Below are positions 18,645 through 29,100 of a stretch of DNA of 64,000 nt, piece after piece. This DNA is from an uncultured Candidatus Saccharibacteria bacterium (lineage in GTDB: Bacteria; Patescibacteriota; Minisyncoccia; Phycocordibacterales; CALRHW01), in NCBI GenBank assembly GCA_964407105.1, contig CAYOUG010000003.1, forward strand, positions 8,393 to 72,392. Reading direction: 5' to 3'. Under the pieces are notes generated by a model, which saw nothing but the letters and a program-made list of their open reading frames with translations, searched no databases and was not told the origin of the DNA. The translations under genes were made by a program, and so were the position numbers. Numbering within the stretch: the first letter of the stretch is position 1; every line of letters starts with the position of its first letter.

Positions 18645-19145
18645 TTATTTCACTTCCAACAATTCTACCTCAAACACAAGTGTTGAATTTCCTGGTATTA
18701 CAACATTACCAGCACCATCTTTCATGTCTACAGTTCCATAACCCAATTCAGGAGAAATCGTAAGTCGTCGTTTACCACCCACTCTCATTCCTTCAATTCC
18801 CTTTTCCCAACCCTGAATCACCAAACCTTGTCCAAGAGGAAATGTGAATGGTTGTCGTCCTATAGACGTATCAAACACTCGTCCATCTTGAAGCATCCCC
18901 TTATAGTGTGTGGTTACCAATTTTCCTGCCACCGCCACATCTCCCGTACCCACAACAATATCTTCTATTACTAATCCGGGCACAGATACATTAGCTTGAT
19001 TTCCAATTATACTATTATTTGTCATTGCAACGTTTTCTCCACCACTAAACAAAGATGTAATGGTGTCGCCTAGTGTTAAAAACAAAACCACCACAACAAG
19101 CGACACCACAACTGCTATCCATTGTTTTGAAGAGAGTTTTTTCAT
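18645..19145 (-). CDS. FKBP-type peptidyl-prolyl isomerase with N-terminal TM anchor
   Basis: HYKGML.DG.VFDTS, VIQGWEKG, GGKRRL.I.PELGYG, STLVFEVELL. Confidence 0.93.
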   Translation of the reverse strand: MKKLSSKQWIAVVVSLVVVVLFLTLGDTITSLFSGGENVAMTNNSIIGNQANVSVPGLVIEDIVVGTGDVAVAGKLVTTHYKGMLQDGRVFDTSIGRQPFTFPLGQGLVIQGWEKGIEGMRVGGKRRLTISPELGYGTVDMKDGAGNVVIPGNSTLVFEVELLEVK

Positions 19146-19203
19146 TATGTTATACTAAATGTTAATATCATTAAGTATAATATGTAGCATAATACATGTA
19201 AAC

Positions 19204-19926
19204 ATGAACGATCATTCACAAACAAAAAAACTTCCCACAAAACCACTTACACTTCATGAGCTTCATCAGTCTACAATCGACCGCGTTTCTCATATTCGCG
19301 AAGAATTTGAAAAAGGTTTTGAATTTCTTACTCACTTTCCAAAATCTGTCACCGTTTTTGGTTCAGCGCGTTTTCAAGATGGTCATCCGTATTACGAAAA
19401 AGCCCATGATATTTGCAATAAAATAGCAAAAGAACTCGGGTATTCTATTCTTTCAGGTGGTGGTCCGGGCATTATGGAAGCAGCAAACAAGGGCGCACAT
19501 GAGGGCGGTGTACCCTCGATAGGAATAACCATTCAACTACCACACGAACAAAGAACAAATCCCTATCTATCAAATCATCTAGATCTTTATTATTTCTTTG
19601 TTCGAAAGGTGTGTTTATCTTTTTCTGCAGAAGCATATCTATTTTTCCCTGGTGGTTTTGGTACACTGGATGAATTTTTTGAAATACTAACACTTGTTCA
19701 AACAAAAAAAATAAATAAAGTTCCGCTCATTTTGGTGGGTATGGAATTTTGGAAATCACTTGAAGATTTTATTGTAAGAAACCTTATTGATCTTGGTACG
19801 ATAGAAAGATCTGATTTAAATTTATACACAATCACCGATGATGAAAATGAAATAATTGAAATCATTCGAAACGCACCTATTCGAAATGGCATAAAACACA
19901 ACCACAATGGAAGCGAATCTGAATAA
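19204..19926 (+). CDS. LOG family (TIGR00730) nucleotide phosphoribohydrolase
   Basis: VTVFGSAR, GGGPGIMEAAN, FFVRK, PGGFGTLDE. Confidence 0.92.
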   Translation: MNDHSQTKKLPTKPLTLHELHQSTIDRVSHIREEFEKGFEFLTHFPKSVTVFGSARFQDGHPYYEKAHDICNKIAKELGYSILSGGGPGIMEAANKGAHEGGVPSIGITIQLPHEQRTNPYLSNHLDLYYFFVRKVCLSFSAEAYLFFPGGFGTLDEFFEILTLVQTKKINKVPLILVGMEFWKSLEDFIVRNLIDLGTIERSDLNLYTITDDENEIIEIIRNAPIRNGIKHNHNGSESE

Positions 19927-20278
19927 TGACACACAAAAAAGTTCAAATAATTTAGTTCACAAAGAATGCTCACCGTGTGAGAAAAAGAGTGGAAAAATGC
20001 TCCCTGATATCGTTCAAAATTTTAAAGAAAAAATTGACGAATGGAGTATTATAGAAGATAAACGTATTGAAAAAACACTAAAATTTGCAGATTTTAAAAG
20101 TGTGCTTGATTTTGTAAATAAAGTTGGAAAAATAGCTGAACAAGAAAAACATCATCCAAATATTTTTATTCATGATTGGAACAAGGTTACTTTTACACTT
20201 TTTACTCACTCTATAAACGGTCTATCTGAAAATGATTTTATATTAGCTTCTAAAATTGACGAAATCTCACGAATATAA
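19907..20278 (+). CDS. Pterin-4a-carbinolamine dehydratase family protein
   Basis: AEQEKHHP motif and THSINGLSENDFILA. Confidence 0.88.
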   Translation: MEANLNNDTQKSSNNLVHKECSPCEKKSGKMLPDIVQNFKEKIDEWSIIEDKRIEKTLKFADFKSVLDFVNKVGKIAEQEKHHPNIFIHDWNKVTFTLFTHSINGLSENDFILASKIDEISRI

Positions 20279-20315
20279 AAAGAAACCCGAGGGGTGCTAA
20301 AAGCGCCCCCCGGGT
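20278..20315 (-). terminator. Intrinsic terminator of the orphan at 20.3-20.9 kb
   Basis: Minus strand reads ACCCGGGGGGCGC-TTTTA-GCACCCCTCGGGT followed by TTCTTTT. Confidence 0.75.
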
Positions 20316-20340
20316 ATTGTTTACAAAATCACCCACGATC

Positions 20341-20898
20341 TCAAGCCACTGTCACCGCCACCGTCTTTGCACTCGACCGTTTGGTCAAGTTTAAAGAAAT
20401 TGGATCTGGTTGCCACTGATCCGGCAAGTTTCTTGCTTTTCTCGCCAGAGCGTCATCCTTACCAAGAAGGTGTCGAATAACAGCGACCATTGGTGGATCA
20501 CCGGTCTTCCAACTATTAACATCGCCGTTGACAACGATGTCGACGCGCTGATTCTTGTACATCTCCCCAGCTTCGGTTGGTGCACCGTTCGCGCTCTGGC
20601 GAAAAGCGAATCGGCCACACACCGATACCCAAGCTTCTTCCTGAGCAATTCGACGGTCCCGAGGTTTGTCCACCAAACCAAACACCGACGAATTCAGATT
20701 TGCGGGCCTAACCTCCACTCCGTGAAAAACAGTAGGACGAGGCACCTCAACTTCCTCCACTGGGAGTTCGGCGTTCTTTTTGCCAGACTTCTTTCTGTGG
20801 TACTCCGCTCGTGCACGAGCCCCCATTACTGCTCTCTCGTACTCGGTCTGCGCAAACTGTTGTGCAAAAGACAAACCGGATAAATTACGACTGGTCAC
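20341..20898 (-). CDS. GC-rich orphan hypothetical protein (185 aa)
   Basis: GTG start preceded by AAGGGG; has its own promoter and terminator; no recognisable motif. Confidence 0.65.
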   Translation of the reverse strand: MTSRNLSGLSFAQQFAQTEYERAVMGARARAEYHRKKSGKKNAELPVEEVEVPRPTVFHGVEVRPANLNSSVFGLVDKPRDRRIAQEEAWVSVCGRFAFRQSANGAPTEAGEMYKNQRVDIVVNGDVNSWKTGDPPMVAVIRHLLGKDDALARKARNLPDQWQPDPISLNLTKRSSAKTVAVTVA

Positions 20899-20995
20899 TA
20901 TACACCACCCCTTGAAAAACCACCCGTTTACTGTCGGGAATCAGTCACCCTCATTGGGTAAAAAGGTGTTTCTACCAAAGAAACCTTCCACAAAA

Positions 20996-21024
20996 AATGT
21001 ACCATAAAAAAGAGATACACGCAA
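20996..21024 (-). promoter_or_regulatory. sigma70-type promoter
   Basis: TTGCGT-N17-TACATT with an extended TG. Confidence 0.55.
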
Positions 21025-21113
21025 CATTTTTACACAACAACCCACTAATCTTCATTTATTGAATAAAAAATGGTAGTATAAAATCTCCTTGGTCTTTATA
21101 GAGACTGATAAAA

Positions 21114-22637
21114 ATGGCTAAAAAACTACATATTGTACACATTGCATCTGAGGTTGAACCTTTTTCTAAAAGTGGCGGTCTAGCAAATGTTACCAGCTCA
21201 TTACCTCGTGCGCACAGAGAACTTGGGCACAACGTCATTGTTATCACCCCATATTATGAAGAACTCACAAAAAGTGACGGTCACACACTTGAAATAATTG
21301 CTGAAAACGAACAAATAAAAATAAGTGAAGGTAAATTTTTTAATGCTACCTTTTTAAAAAGCACTCTTCCTTATAGTGATGTGGTGGTATATTTTATAGC
21401 AAGCAAAGATTTTTTTGGTCCACGAGAAAAACTCTACGGTGCAACAAATGAAAATGCTCGTTTTTTCTTTTTTGATGTCGCCGCACTTACATTGCTCAAA
21501 AAAATAGAATGGAAACCCGACCTAATACATTGTCACGATTGGCACTCTGGTCTTATTCCTTATTTTTTAAAAAATAGATATAAAAAAGATGAATTTTGGA
21601 AAAATACCGCAACCCTATTTACAATTCATAATCTTGCATTTCAATTAGGTCATGATTGGTGGAATATTAAAGAAGAAGATCGCGATGATGGACGCTCAAA
21701 ACTTCCACATTTTGATGATGTAAACGGAGTTGAAAAAATAAATTTTGCAAAAAGGGCGATTTTGCATGCCGATGCCATAAACGCTGTTTCTGAAACATAC
21801 CGTGAAGAAATCATGACGGCTGATTTTGGACAAGAGTTACACCGTATATTAAAAAATCGAGAAAATATTTTTTTTGGTATCGTCAACGGAATAAACTATG
21901 ACGACTACAATCCCCTTACCGACCCCGGTCTTCAAAAACACTATAGCGACAAATCTGCACATCTCAAAAAAAATAATAAAAAATATCTTCAAAAATATTG
22001 TGAATTAGAACAAAATGACGATGTTCCTCTTTTGTGTATGACTTCACGTATTACCGAACAAAAAGGGTTTAAATTGCTAATTCAAATTTCGCGCACACTT
22101 TTACGTCTTGATATGCAAATAATTATTATGGGTGATGGTGAGTCCGCCCTACAAGAATCTCTTATTAAAATACAGAAGGAATTTCCAAAACGTTTTGTGC
22201 TCATAACACCCATGGACCATAAAATAGAAACTTCTCTTTATGCTGGATCAGATGTTTTTTTATTACCATCACGTTTTGAACCTTGTGGTCTAAATCAAAT
22301 GATAGCTTTGCGTTATGGTTGTATTCCTGTGGTACATCATATCGGCGGACTAGCAGATACAATTGTTGATTTTGATATAAGTACACAAGAAGGAAATGGT
22401 TTTACATTTACTCGTTATGACGCGGATCATTTTTTTGTAGCTATTATTCGTGCTATAGAAATCTATAAACATAAAGAATTATGGCACAACCTTGTGGTGA
22501 AAAGTCTCCAACAAGCAAACTCTTGGATTATTCCAGCAAAAAAATATGTGGATCTTTATAAAAAAACAATGCTTCTTAAAAAACGCTACGACCGTATAAA
22601 CAAAAACGGTAATGGCAACGGTAACAATCATTCATAA
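21114..22637 (+). CDS. glgA: Glycogen/starch synthase (GT5)
   Basis: SKSGGLA ADP-glucose motif, HCHDWH, TIHNL, RITEQKG, PSRFEPCGLNQM. Confidence 0.93.
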   Translation: MAKKLHIVHIASEVEPFSKSGGLANVTSSLPRAHRELGHNVIVITPYYEELTKSDGHTLEIIAENEQIKISEGKFFNATFLKSTLPYSDVVVYFIASKDFFGPREKLYGATNENARFFFFDVAALTLLKKIEWKPDLIHCHDWHSGLIPYFLKNRYKKDEFWKNTATLFTIHNLAFQLGHDWWNIKEEDRDDGRSKLPHFDDVNGVEKINFAKRAILHADAINAVSETYREEIMTADFGQELHRILKNRENIFFGIVNGINYDDYNPLTDPGLQKHYSDKSAHLKKNNKKYLQKYCELEQNDDVPLLCMTSRITEQKGFKLLIQISRTLLRLDMQIIIMGDGESALQESLIKIQKEFPKRFVLITPMDHKIETSLYAGSDVFLLPSRFEPCGLNQMIALRYGCIPVVHHIGGLADTIVDFDISTQEGNGFTFTRYDADHFFVAIIRAIEIYKHKELWHNLVVKSLQQANSWIIPAKKYVDLYKKTMLLKKRYDRINKNGNGNGNNHS

Positions 22638-22644
22638 AACTTTT

Positions 22645-23817
22645 ATGCTTAAATGGATTAATGTTCTTCATATATATCAACCCCCAACTCAAACAAAAGA
22701 TATAATAGATACTGTGGTACATCAAAGTTATTCACGTATTATTTCTCTTCTCGAAACATATCCCAAACTTAAACTTACACTAAATATTCCCGGATCACTT
22801 TTAGAACTTCTTGATCGCAACGGGCACAAAAAAATAATTGATGATATCGGCCGATTTGCAAAAGATGGTCGCATAGAGCTGTTGGGCACAGCAATGTATC
22901 ATCCCATTTTACCACTCATTCCTCCACAAGAAGTAGTGAGACAAATTGAACTTCACACAAATACCAGTAAAAAATATTTTTCTGACGTATACAATCCGCG
23001 AGGTTTTTATCTTCCCGAGATGGCTTATAGCAACGAAGTTGGTTTAATAATAAAAAAAGCTGGTTTTGATTGGGTATTACTTGATGAAATTCATGCTAAT
23101 GGAGAAAAAATTGATACTCTTACAAAAAATATAAGCGAAGAAACTGGTCTAATAGCAGTATTTAGAAATAGAGCCATGTCACAAACATTTCCTCCGGAAC
23201 AAATTTTTATAGTGTGGGACAACATTAAAAATAACACCCTAATTACTGTCCATGATGGTGAAATGTATGGCCATAGACACGAAGATGATCATGGTTTTTA
23301 TAAAAAAGCTTTTGAAAATCCAGAAATTCAGATGCAAACCGTATCAGAATATCTTTCAACACTCACAAACACACAAAAAATATCTTTGATAAACGCAAGC
23401 TGGGAAAGTACAACAGAAGAACTTTTACAAAACATACCTTTTGCGGTGTGGGATTCACCAGATAATAAAATTCACAAACAATTGTGGCATCTAGCAAACA
23501 CAGTGCTACAACTAGTTCCAAAACATTCTAAAGATCCACATTTCAAAGAGGCACAAACAAATTTAGACAAAGGTATCGCCAGCTGTTATTGGTGGTGGGC
23601 CAGCGAACGTAAACTCGGCGTTTTTTCTCCTACATCTTGGAATCCTAGTGAAATAGAAAAGGGTGCAACATTTCTTCTTGATGCTAGTAGAGCACTTTCC
23701 AAACTACCAAAAGAAAAACACGAAGAAATAGAAAAAATTTTTTCAGAACTTCGTGATGCGGTATGGAAAAGACATTGGGAAATAATGGGCAGTGATAACA
23801 CCCAACATTTAAATTAA
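22645..23817 (+). CDS. Glycoside hydrolase family 57
   Basis: HIYQP, HPILPL, YLPEMAY (nucleophile), HDGEMYG (acid/base), SCYWWW. Confidence 0.85.
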   Translation: MLKWINVLHIYQPPTQTKDIIDTVVHQSYSRIISLLETYPKLKLTLNIPGSLLELLDRNGHKKIIDDIGRFAKDGRIELLGTAMYHPILPLIPPQEVVRQIELHTNTSKKYFSDVYNPRGFYLPEMAYSNEVGLIIKKAGFDWVLLDEIHANGEKIDTLTKNISEETGLIAVFRNRAMSQTFPPEQIFIVWDNIKNNTLITVHDGEMYGHRHEDDHGFYKKAFENPEIQMQTVSEYLSTLTNTQKISLINASWESTTEELLQNIPFAVWDSPDNKIHKQLWHLANTVLQLVPKHSKDPHFKEAQTNLDKGIASCYWWWASERKLGVFSPTSWNPSEIEKGATFLLDASRALSKLPKEKHEEIEKIFSELRDAVWKRHWEIMGSDNTQHLN

Positions 23818-23822
23818 ATTAT

Positions 23823-24893
23823 ATGCGCATTGCTCAAGTCGTTTCTCTCTGTGAAAGTATTCCTCCACATTCTCGTAACGGACTTGAATTTGTGGTGTCT
23901 TGGCTTACCGAAGAACTTGTAAAAAGAGGTCATGAAGTAACACTTTTCACCACAGCAGATTCTAAAACTTCTGCGCGCAAAGTATCTTTACTACCAAAAA
24001 GTATTAATGATTTTCACCAAATCCATTGGGAACAACCATTTTTTAGCATATGGAATACAATAATCGCCGGCACGAAAGCACACGATTTTGATATTATTCA
24101 CTGCCACAACGACAACGGCTCACTTATTGCGCCGTTTGTTGATATTCCAATTATTGAAACAATACATCATCCATACAATGATGATTTACGTTTAAAATAT
24201 TTAACCAATAGCGAATATCGCAAGTGTATTAAACCAATTATGGAAGAATATAAAAAAGTACACTATGTAACCGTGAGCGAAAAACAAAGAAAATTTTTCA
24301 AAATATGTGAACCGTATTATTTTAAAAAACACAGCACAATACACAACGGCATTCCTGTAAAAAAGTTTTCATTTAATCCAAAACCAAAAGATTACTTGCT
24401 TTTTATTGGTTATATAAATGAAGAAAAGGGTGCGGATATTGCTATACAAGTAGCGCGTAAAGCTGGTAAAAAATTAATCATCGCTGGACACAACAGAGGA
24501 ACAGAACTTTTTTTTAAAGAAAAAATTAAGCCGTTTTTAAACGATGATATAAAATATATTGGCCCTGTAGATTTTGCACAAAAAAATGAACTTTACAGAA
24601 ATGCACTCGCCACCCTTGCGCCACTGCGTTGGCACGAACCCTTTGGACTTACACTAATAGAATCGCAAGCTTGTGGAACACCGGTTATTGCCTTTGATCG
24701 TGGGGCTACACGCGAAGTTATTAATCACAAAAAAACTGGTTTTATTGTGAAAAATGAGAAAGAGATGGTCGCCGCTATCAAACTTATTCACAAAATAAAC
24801 AGAAAAGATTGTAGAGATTGGGTTGAAAAAAATTTTAGTGTAGAAAAAATGACAGATGAATACGAAAAACTTTATAGTACAATAAAGAGGTAA
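23823..24893 (+). CDS. GT4 family glycosyltransferase
   Basis: GT-B fold motifs HNGI, EKG, WHEPFGL...ESQACGTPVI. Confidence 0.88.
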   Translation: MRIAQVVSLCESIPPHSRNGLEFVVSWLTEELVKRGHEVTLFTTADSKTSARKVSLLPKSINDFHQIHWEQPFFSIWNTIIAGTKAHDFDIIHCHNDNGSLIAPFVDIPIIETIHHPYNDDLRLKYLTNSEYRKCIKPIMEEYKKVHYVTVSEKQRKFFKICEPYYFKKHSTIHNGIPVKKFSFNPKPKDYLLFIGYINEEKGADIAIQVARKAGKKLIIAGHNRGTELFFKEKIKPFLNDDIKYIGPVDFAQKNELYRNALATLAPLRWHEPFGLTLIESQACGTPVIAFDRGATREVINHKKTGFIVKNEKEMVAAIKLIHKINRKDCRDWVEKNFSVEKMTDEYEKLYSTIKR

Positions 24894-26527
24894 TGTTTTT
24901 ATCTTTATTTAAAAAACAATCCAACACCTCCGATATACCATCTTCTGCGTGGTATCGCAATGCAGTGGTATATCAAATATATCCAAGAAGTTTTCAAGAC
25001 TCAAACGGCGACGGTGTGGGTGATCTGCGCGGTATTATAAAACGTCTTCCCTATCTTGAATCTTTGGGTATTGGCGCTGTGTGGATTTCACCTATTTACA
25101 CATCACCGATGAAAGATTTCGGTTATGATATTTCTAACTTTTATAATATCGATCCACTTTTTGGAACACTTGCAGATTTTGATGAACTTGTTGTAGAAAT
25201 GCACAAACGTGGCATAAAAATAATTATGGATTTAGTGATCAATCACACCTCCTCAGAACATCCATGGTTTAAAGAGTCGTGTTCGTCTCTAGAAAACCCA
25301 AAACGTGATTGGTATATATGGCAAGATCCACAAAAAGACGGATCACCACCAAATAATTGGTTAAGTGTTTCTGGCGGCTCGGCATGGACATTTGATGAAA
25401 AAACCAATCAATACTATCTTCATCACTTTCTAAAAGAACAACCCGATCTAAACTGGCGCAACACAGATGTAAAAGATGAAATAAGACGTATTGCTGAGTT
25501 TTGGATTGCACGCGGTGTAGATGGTTTTCGTGTTGATGCAATGAGTCATCTTGTGGAAGATGGACTTTTTAGAGATGATCCAAAAAATACTGAATTTATT
25601 TTAAATAAAAATAATCAGTACAACAAATACATACACACGTTTAGCACCAATCGTCCCCAACTTGAAAATGTGATTAAATTTCTCTGTGAAAGTATAAATT
25701 CATATCCAAACAAATTTATAGTTTTTGAAACATATCTTCCTCTTACTGATACTCTTGCCATATACAACATGCATCCAGATGAGCATCACGCTCCGTTTAA
25801 TTTTAATTTTTTCAATCTTGAGTGGGGTGCAAAAACCTATAAAGATTTTGTTGATAATTTTAATAATGCCCTATCCTTAAAACAAATACCGACTTATGTT
25901 TTTGGCAATCACGATCAACCACGACTTGTTTCTAGGTTTGGTGAGGGACAAGCCAGACTATGCGCAATGCTTTTACTTACATTACGCGGTTTACCATTTA
26001 TATATTATGGTGAAGAAATCGGTATGAAAAATGTAGATATTCCAAAAGAAAAAATAAAAGATGGGTTTGCACACGATTCTGTGAATATTGGTTTGAGTCG
26101 TGATCCAGCACGTACACCAATGCAGTGGGATAATTCGTCTTACGCTGGTTTTTCTACAAACGAACCGTGGCTTCCTATATCACCTGAATACGAAAAAATA
26201 AATGTGTCAGCAGAAACATCCGACCCAAAATCTATATTTAATTTATATTGCTCACTTATCGGTTATCGAAATAAATCAGATATTTTAAAACATGGATCTT
26301 ATAAATCAATAAATACTAATAATAACGATGTTTTTGGTTATATCCGCTCATACAAGAAAAAAGAAATCCTTATATTGCTTAATTTTTCAAATACTTCACA
26401 AATAATTTCTATAAAAGAAAGTGGTATTGTGATATTTTCAACACACCTCGACACACCACCAAACACACCAGTCGCCAACACAATAGAGATGCGACCGTTT
26501 GAGGGTTATGTTATTGAATTACAGTAA
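24893..26527 (+). CDS. GH13 alpha-glucosidase / oligo-1,6-glucosidase
   Basis: YQIYPRSFQD, DLVINHTS, QPDLNW, DGFRVDA, GNHD, RDPARTPMQW. Confidence 0.92.
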   Translation: MFLSLFKKQSNTSDIPSSAWYRNAVVYQIYPRSFQDSNGDGVGDLRGIIKRLPYLESLGIGAVWISPIYTSPMKDFGYDISNFYNIDPLFGTLADFDELVVEMHKRGIKIIMDLVINHTSSEHPWFKESCSSLENPKRDWYIWQDPQKDGSPPNNWLSVSGGSAWTFDEKTNQYYLHHFLKEQPDLNWRNTDVKDEIRRIAEFWIARGVDGFRVDAMSHLVEDGLFRDDPKNTEFILNKNNQYNKYIHTFSTNRPQLENVIKFLCESINSYPNKFIVFETYLPLTDTLAIYNMHPDEHHAPFNFNFFNLEWGAKTYKDFVDNFNNALSLKQIPTYVFGNHDQPRLVSRFGEGQARLCAMLLLTLRGLPFIYYGEEIGMKNVDIPKEKIKDGFAHDSVNIGLSRDPARTPMQWDNSSYAGFSTNEPWLPISPEYEKINVSAETSDPKSIFNLYCSLIGYRNKSDILKHGSYKSINTNNNDVFGYIRSYKKKEILILLNFSNTSQIISIKESGIVIFSTHLDTPPNTPVANTIEMRPFEGYVIELQ

Positions 26528-26533
26528 ATAATT

Positions 26534-26983
26534 ATGAAAAACATAGATTATATTGATCGCGCCATTATTCATTTCGCAAAAATCGTTCAGCCAACATTTG
26601 GTAGGATCGCACTTTTTATTGTGTTTTTTTGGTTTGGTTTCTTGAAAATCATAGGAATGAGTCCTGCAAGCGGACTTGTAAAACAACTCTTTGAACAAAC
26701 CGTGCCGTTTATGACCTTTGACACTTTTATTGTTTTATTTGGTGTCTTTGAGTGTGTTATTGGTATTTTATTTCTCATACCAAAGACGACACGGTTGGTA
26801 ATTTTATTTTTATGTATACACATGATCACCACACTTGGTCCTCTTGTTTTACTGCCGCAAGAAACATGGCAATCTTTTTTAGTACCAACACTCGAAGGTC
26901 AATATATTATTAAAAATTTGGTAATTATCGCTTTGGCACTTGGCATTACTGCACACCTAGCACCAATGAGACATCGAAAATAA
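26534..26983 (+). CDS. DoxX/DUF417 (RclC-like) membrane protein
   Basis: Four TMs, FFWFG.LK and EGQYIIKN motifs. Confidence 0.7.
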   Translation: MKNIDYIDRAIIHFAKIVQPTFGRIALFIVFFWFGFLKIIGMSPASGLVKQLFEQTVPFMTFDTFIVLFGVFECVIGILFLIPKTTRLVILFLCIHMITTLGPLVLLPQETWQSFLVPTLEGQYIIKNLVIIALALGITAHLAPMRHRK

Positions 26984-26991
26984 TTATAAAC

Positions 26992-27031
26992 AAAAACAGC
27001 TCTCGAGCAGTTTAGCAAGAGAGCTGTTTTT
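26992..27031. terminator. Bidirectional terminator
   Basis: AAAAACAGCTCTC...GAGAGCTGTTTTT between convergent genes. Confidence 0.8.
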
Positions 27032-27037
27032 TATTTT

Positions 27038-27355
27038 TTATTTAATAGACTCAATCTTTATCTTAAAGAAAGGTTGTCGGTGCCCGTTTTTCTTGAAATA
27101 TCGGCTTTTCTGTTTGTATTTAATCACATTAATTTTTGGAGCGCGACCAGCATTTTCAAAACTAGCAACAACCTTTGCTCCATCAATAAAAGGAGTTCCA
27201 ATGGTTGTGTCTTTGCCGTTATCTACAAGCAAAACCTTATCAAAAGTGATTTTGTCACCAGTTTTAAAATCGCCAGGAAGCTTCTCAATATTGAGAGTAT
27301 CCCCCGCTTTTACTTGATATTGCTTTCCACCTGTTTGTATAACCGCAAATTCCAT
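27038..27355 (-). CDS. rplU: 50S ribosomal protein bL21
   Basis: AVIQTGGKQY, IGTPF, GHRQ. Confidence 0.96.
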   Translation of the reverse strand: MEFAVIQTGGKQYQVKAGDTLNIEKLPGDFKTGDKITFDKVLLVDNGKDTTIGTPFIDGAKVVASFENAGRAPKINVIKYKQKSRYFKKNGHRQPFFKIKIESIK

Positions 27356-27401
27356 AATTGATATATTCTACATAAACCCCTCAAAAATGCAAGAAACGCC
27401 T

Positions 27402-28472
27402 CTATTCATTTCCCTCTGGTTTTTCTATGAGTTCCATCTCCACCCCCACCGCCTGCCCTGTAATACGAAGCACATCTTTGTCTAGTTTTTTAAATTCTTT
27501 AGAGCTTGAATTGAAATGATTTACAACGGTACCAATCGCATTCCCCATTTTTCCATGATAATCCTCATAACTTTTTAAATGCTTACCAAGCTCATCTACA
27601 CGCTTTATGATGTCTTTTGCGGTTTCTTCTATTTGCATAGCTTTTAGTCCTTGAAGTACCGTTTGTAAATATGCCAAAAATGACGTGGGAGATACAATAA
27701 TAACTTTGTATTTTCCAGCCGCACGTTGAATGAGATTTTCAGTATCATCTGTCACTGCGCCAATTTTGTTGATAAGTAAATCATAATATATTGCTTCATG
27801 CGGAATAAACATAAAAGCAAAATCCATAGTATTTTCGTTTGGACGAATATATTTAGCTGTTTCTTGAATACGAAGTTTTAAATCATTAACAAACACTTTT
27901 TCGAGTCGATCGCGTTCGGCTGGATTTTTTTCATCAATAATTCTGTTGTAGTTTTCAAGTGAAAACTTTGAATCTACAGGAATTATTTTATCTTTCACAA
28001 ACACAGCACAATCTACAATATCACCATCAGCAAAAGCATATTGCATTTGATACGAACCCGGCGGAAGTACATTTTTAAGAAGTGTTTCAAGATAATATTC
28101 TCCCAAAATACCGCGTTGTTTTGGATTTTTTAAAATATCTTGCAAAGATTGAAGCTGATCAGTAAAAGACATCACTTGTTTATTTTGCTCCTCAAGCCGC
28201 ACAAGTTTTTCTGTAAGATCACGGTGAATTTTAAAAGACTCGCCCGCCTGATACTTCATCGAATCAAACATGTTTTTTGATGTCTCACCCATTTTTGAAT
28301 CAACGGTGCGCGTAAGCTCATTCATTTGTTGAAGGAGAAGATTAAAACCAGTATCGTTTTTTTGTTCAGATTCACCCACCGGCATCTTAAGCCGTTTAAA
28401 CATAAGCCAAAAAAAGATACTGTTTCCCACAACAAGCACTGCGATAATAATAATTAAAAACTGTATAGACAT
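27402..28472 (-). CDS. rmuC: DNA recombination protein RmuC
   Basis: N-terminal TM, coiled coil, KQRGILGE, VDSKF, KYI, DFAFMFIP.E, VSPTS. Confidence 0.9.
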   Translation of the reverse strand: MSIQFLIIIIAVLVVGNSIFFWLMFKRLKMPVGESEQKNDTGFNLLLQQMNELTRTVDSKMGETSKNMFDSMKYQAGESFKIHRDLTEKLVRLEEQNKQVMSFTDQLQSLQDILKNPKQRGILGEYYLETLLKNVLPPGSYQMQYAFADGDIVDCAVFVKDKIIPVDSKFSLENYNRIIDEKNPAERDRLEKVFVNDLKLRIQETAKYIRPNENTMDFAFMFIPHEAIYYDLLINKIGAVTDDTENLIQRAAGKYKVIIVSPTSFLAYLQTVLQGLKAMQIEETAKDIIKRVDELGKHLKSYEDYHGKMGNAIGTVVNHFNSSSKEFKKLDKDVLRITGQAVGVEMELIEKPEGNE

Positions 28473-28523
28473 AGAAAAAGTATACCAAATTGCTATACTG
28501 TTCGTATACCTAACAAAATCAAT

Positions 28524-28979
28524 ATGACATTACATCAAACAATCAAAGAAGGCATCAAAGAGGCAATGAAATCAAAAGATGCTATTCGCCTTAGTGTGCT
28601 TCGTGGTCTACTTTCAGCATTCACAAACGAACTTGTGGCAAAAGGTCAAAAACCGCAAGAAGAGCTCGGTGATGAAGGCGCCATTGCAGTAATAAAACGT
28701 GCGATCAAACAACGAAAAGATTCTATCGAACAATTTACTGCTGGAGGAAGAAAGGATTTGGCGGACTCAGAAGAAAGTGAACTTGTTATTTTACAAACAT
28801 TTGTGCCAGTCACAATGAGCAAAGAAGAAATTCTAAAAATAGCCATAGCAAAAAAAGAAGAAATGGGTTTCACTGACAAATCTAAGCTTGGTGTGTTTGT
28901 GGGAGTTGTTATGAAAGAACTAAAAGGAAAAGCTGATGGTGCTGATGTAAAAGAGGTGGTGGATGGTTTGTTTGTATAA
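28524..28979 (+). CDS. GatB/YqeY domain protein
   Basis: KEAMKSKD..RLS.LR, KQRKDSIEQF..GGR.DL, GKADG. Confidence 0.9.
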   Translation: MTLHQTIKEGIKEAMKSKDAIRLSVLRGLLSAFTNELVAKGQKPQEELGDEGAIAVIKRAIKQRKDSIEQFTAGGRKDLADSEESELVILQTFVPVTMSKEEILKIAIAKKEEMGFTDKSKLGVFVGVVMKELKGKADGADVKEVVDGLFV

Positions 28980-29100
28980 AAAATGTACTAAAAATATTTT
29001 TGCTTTTTCTACTGCTTTGTGGTCAAATGGAAGCAAATAGTTCTTCGTGTATCTTGTGATCCACGAACATCTCCACCAACGCCCACAAAAGGAGGACAGT

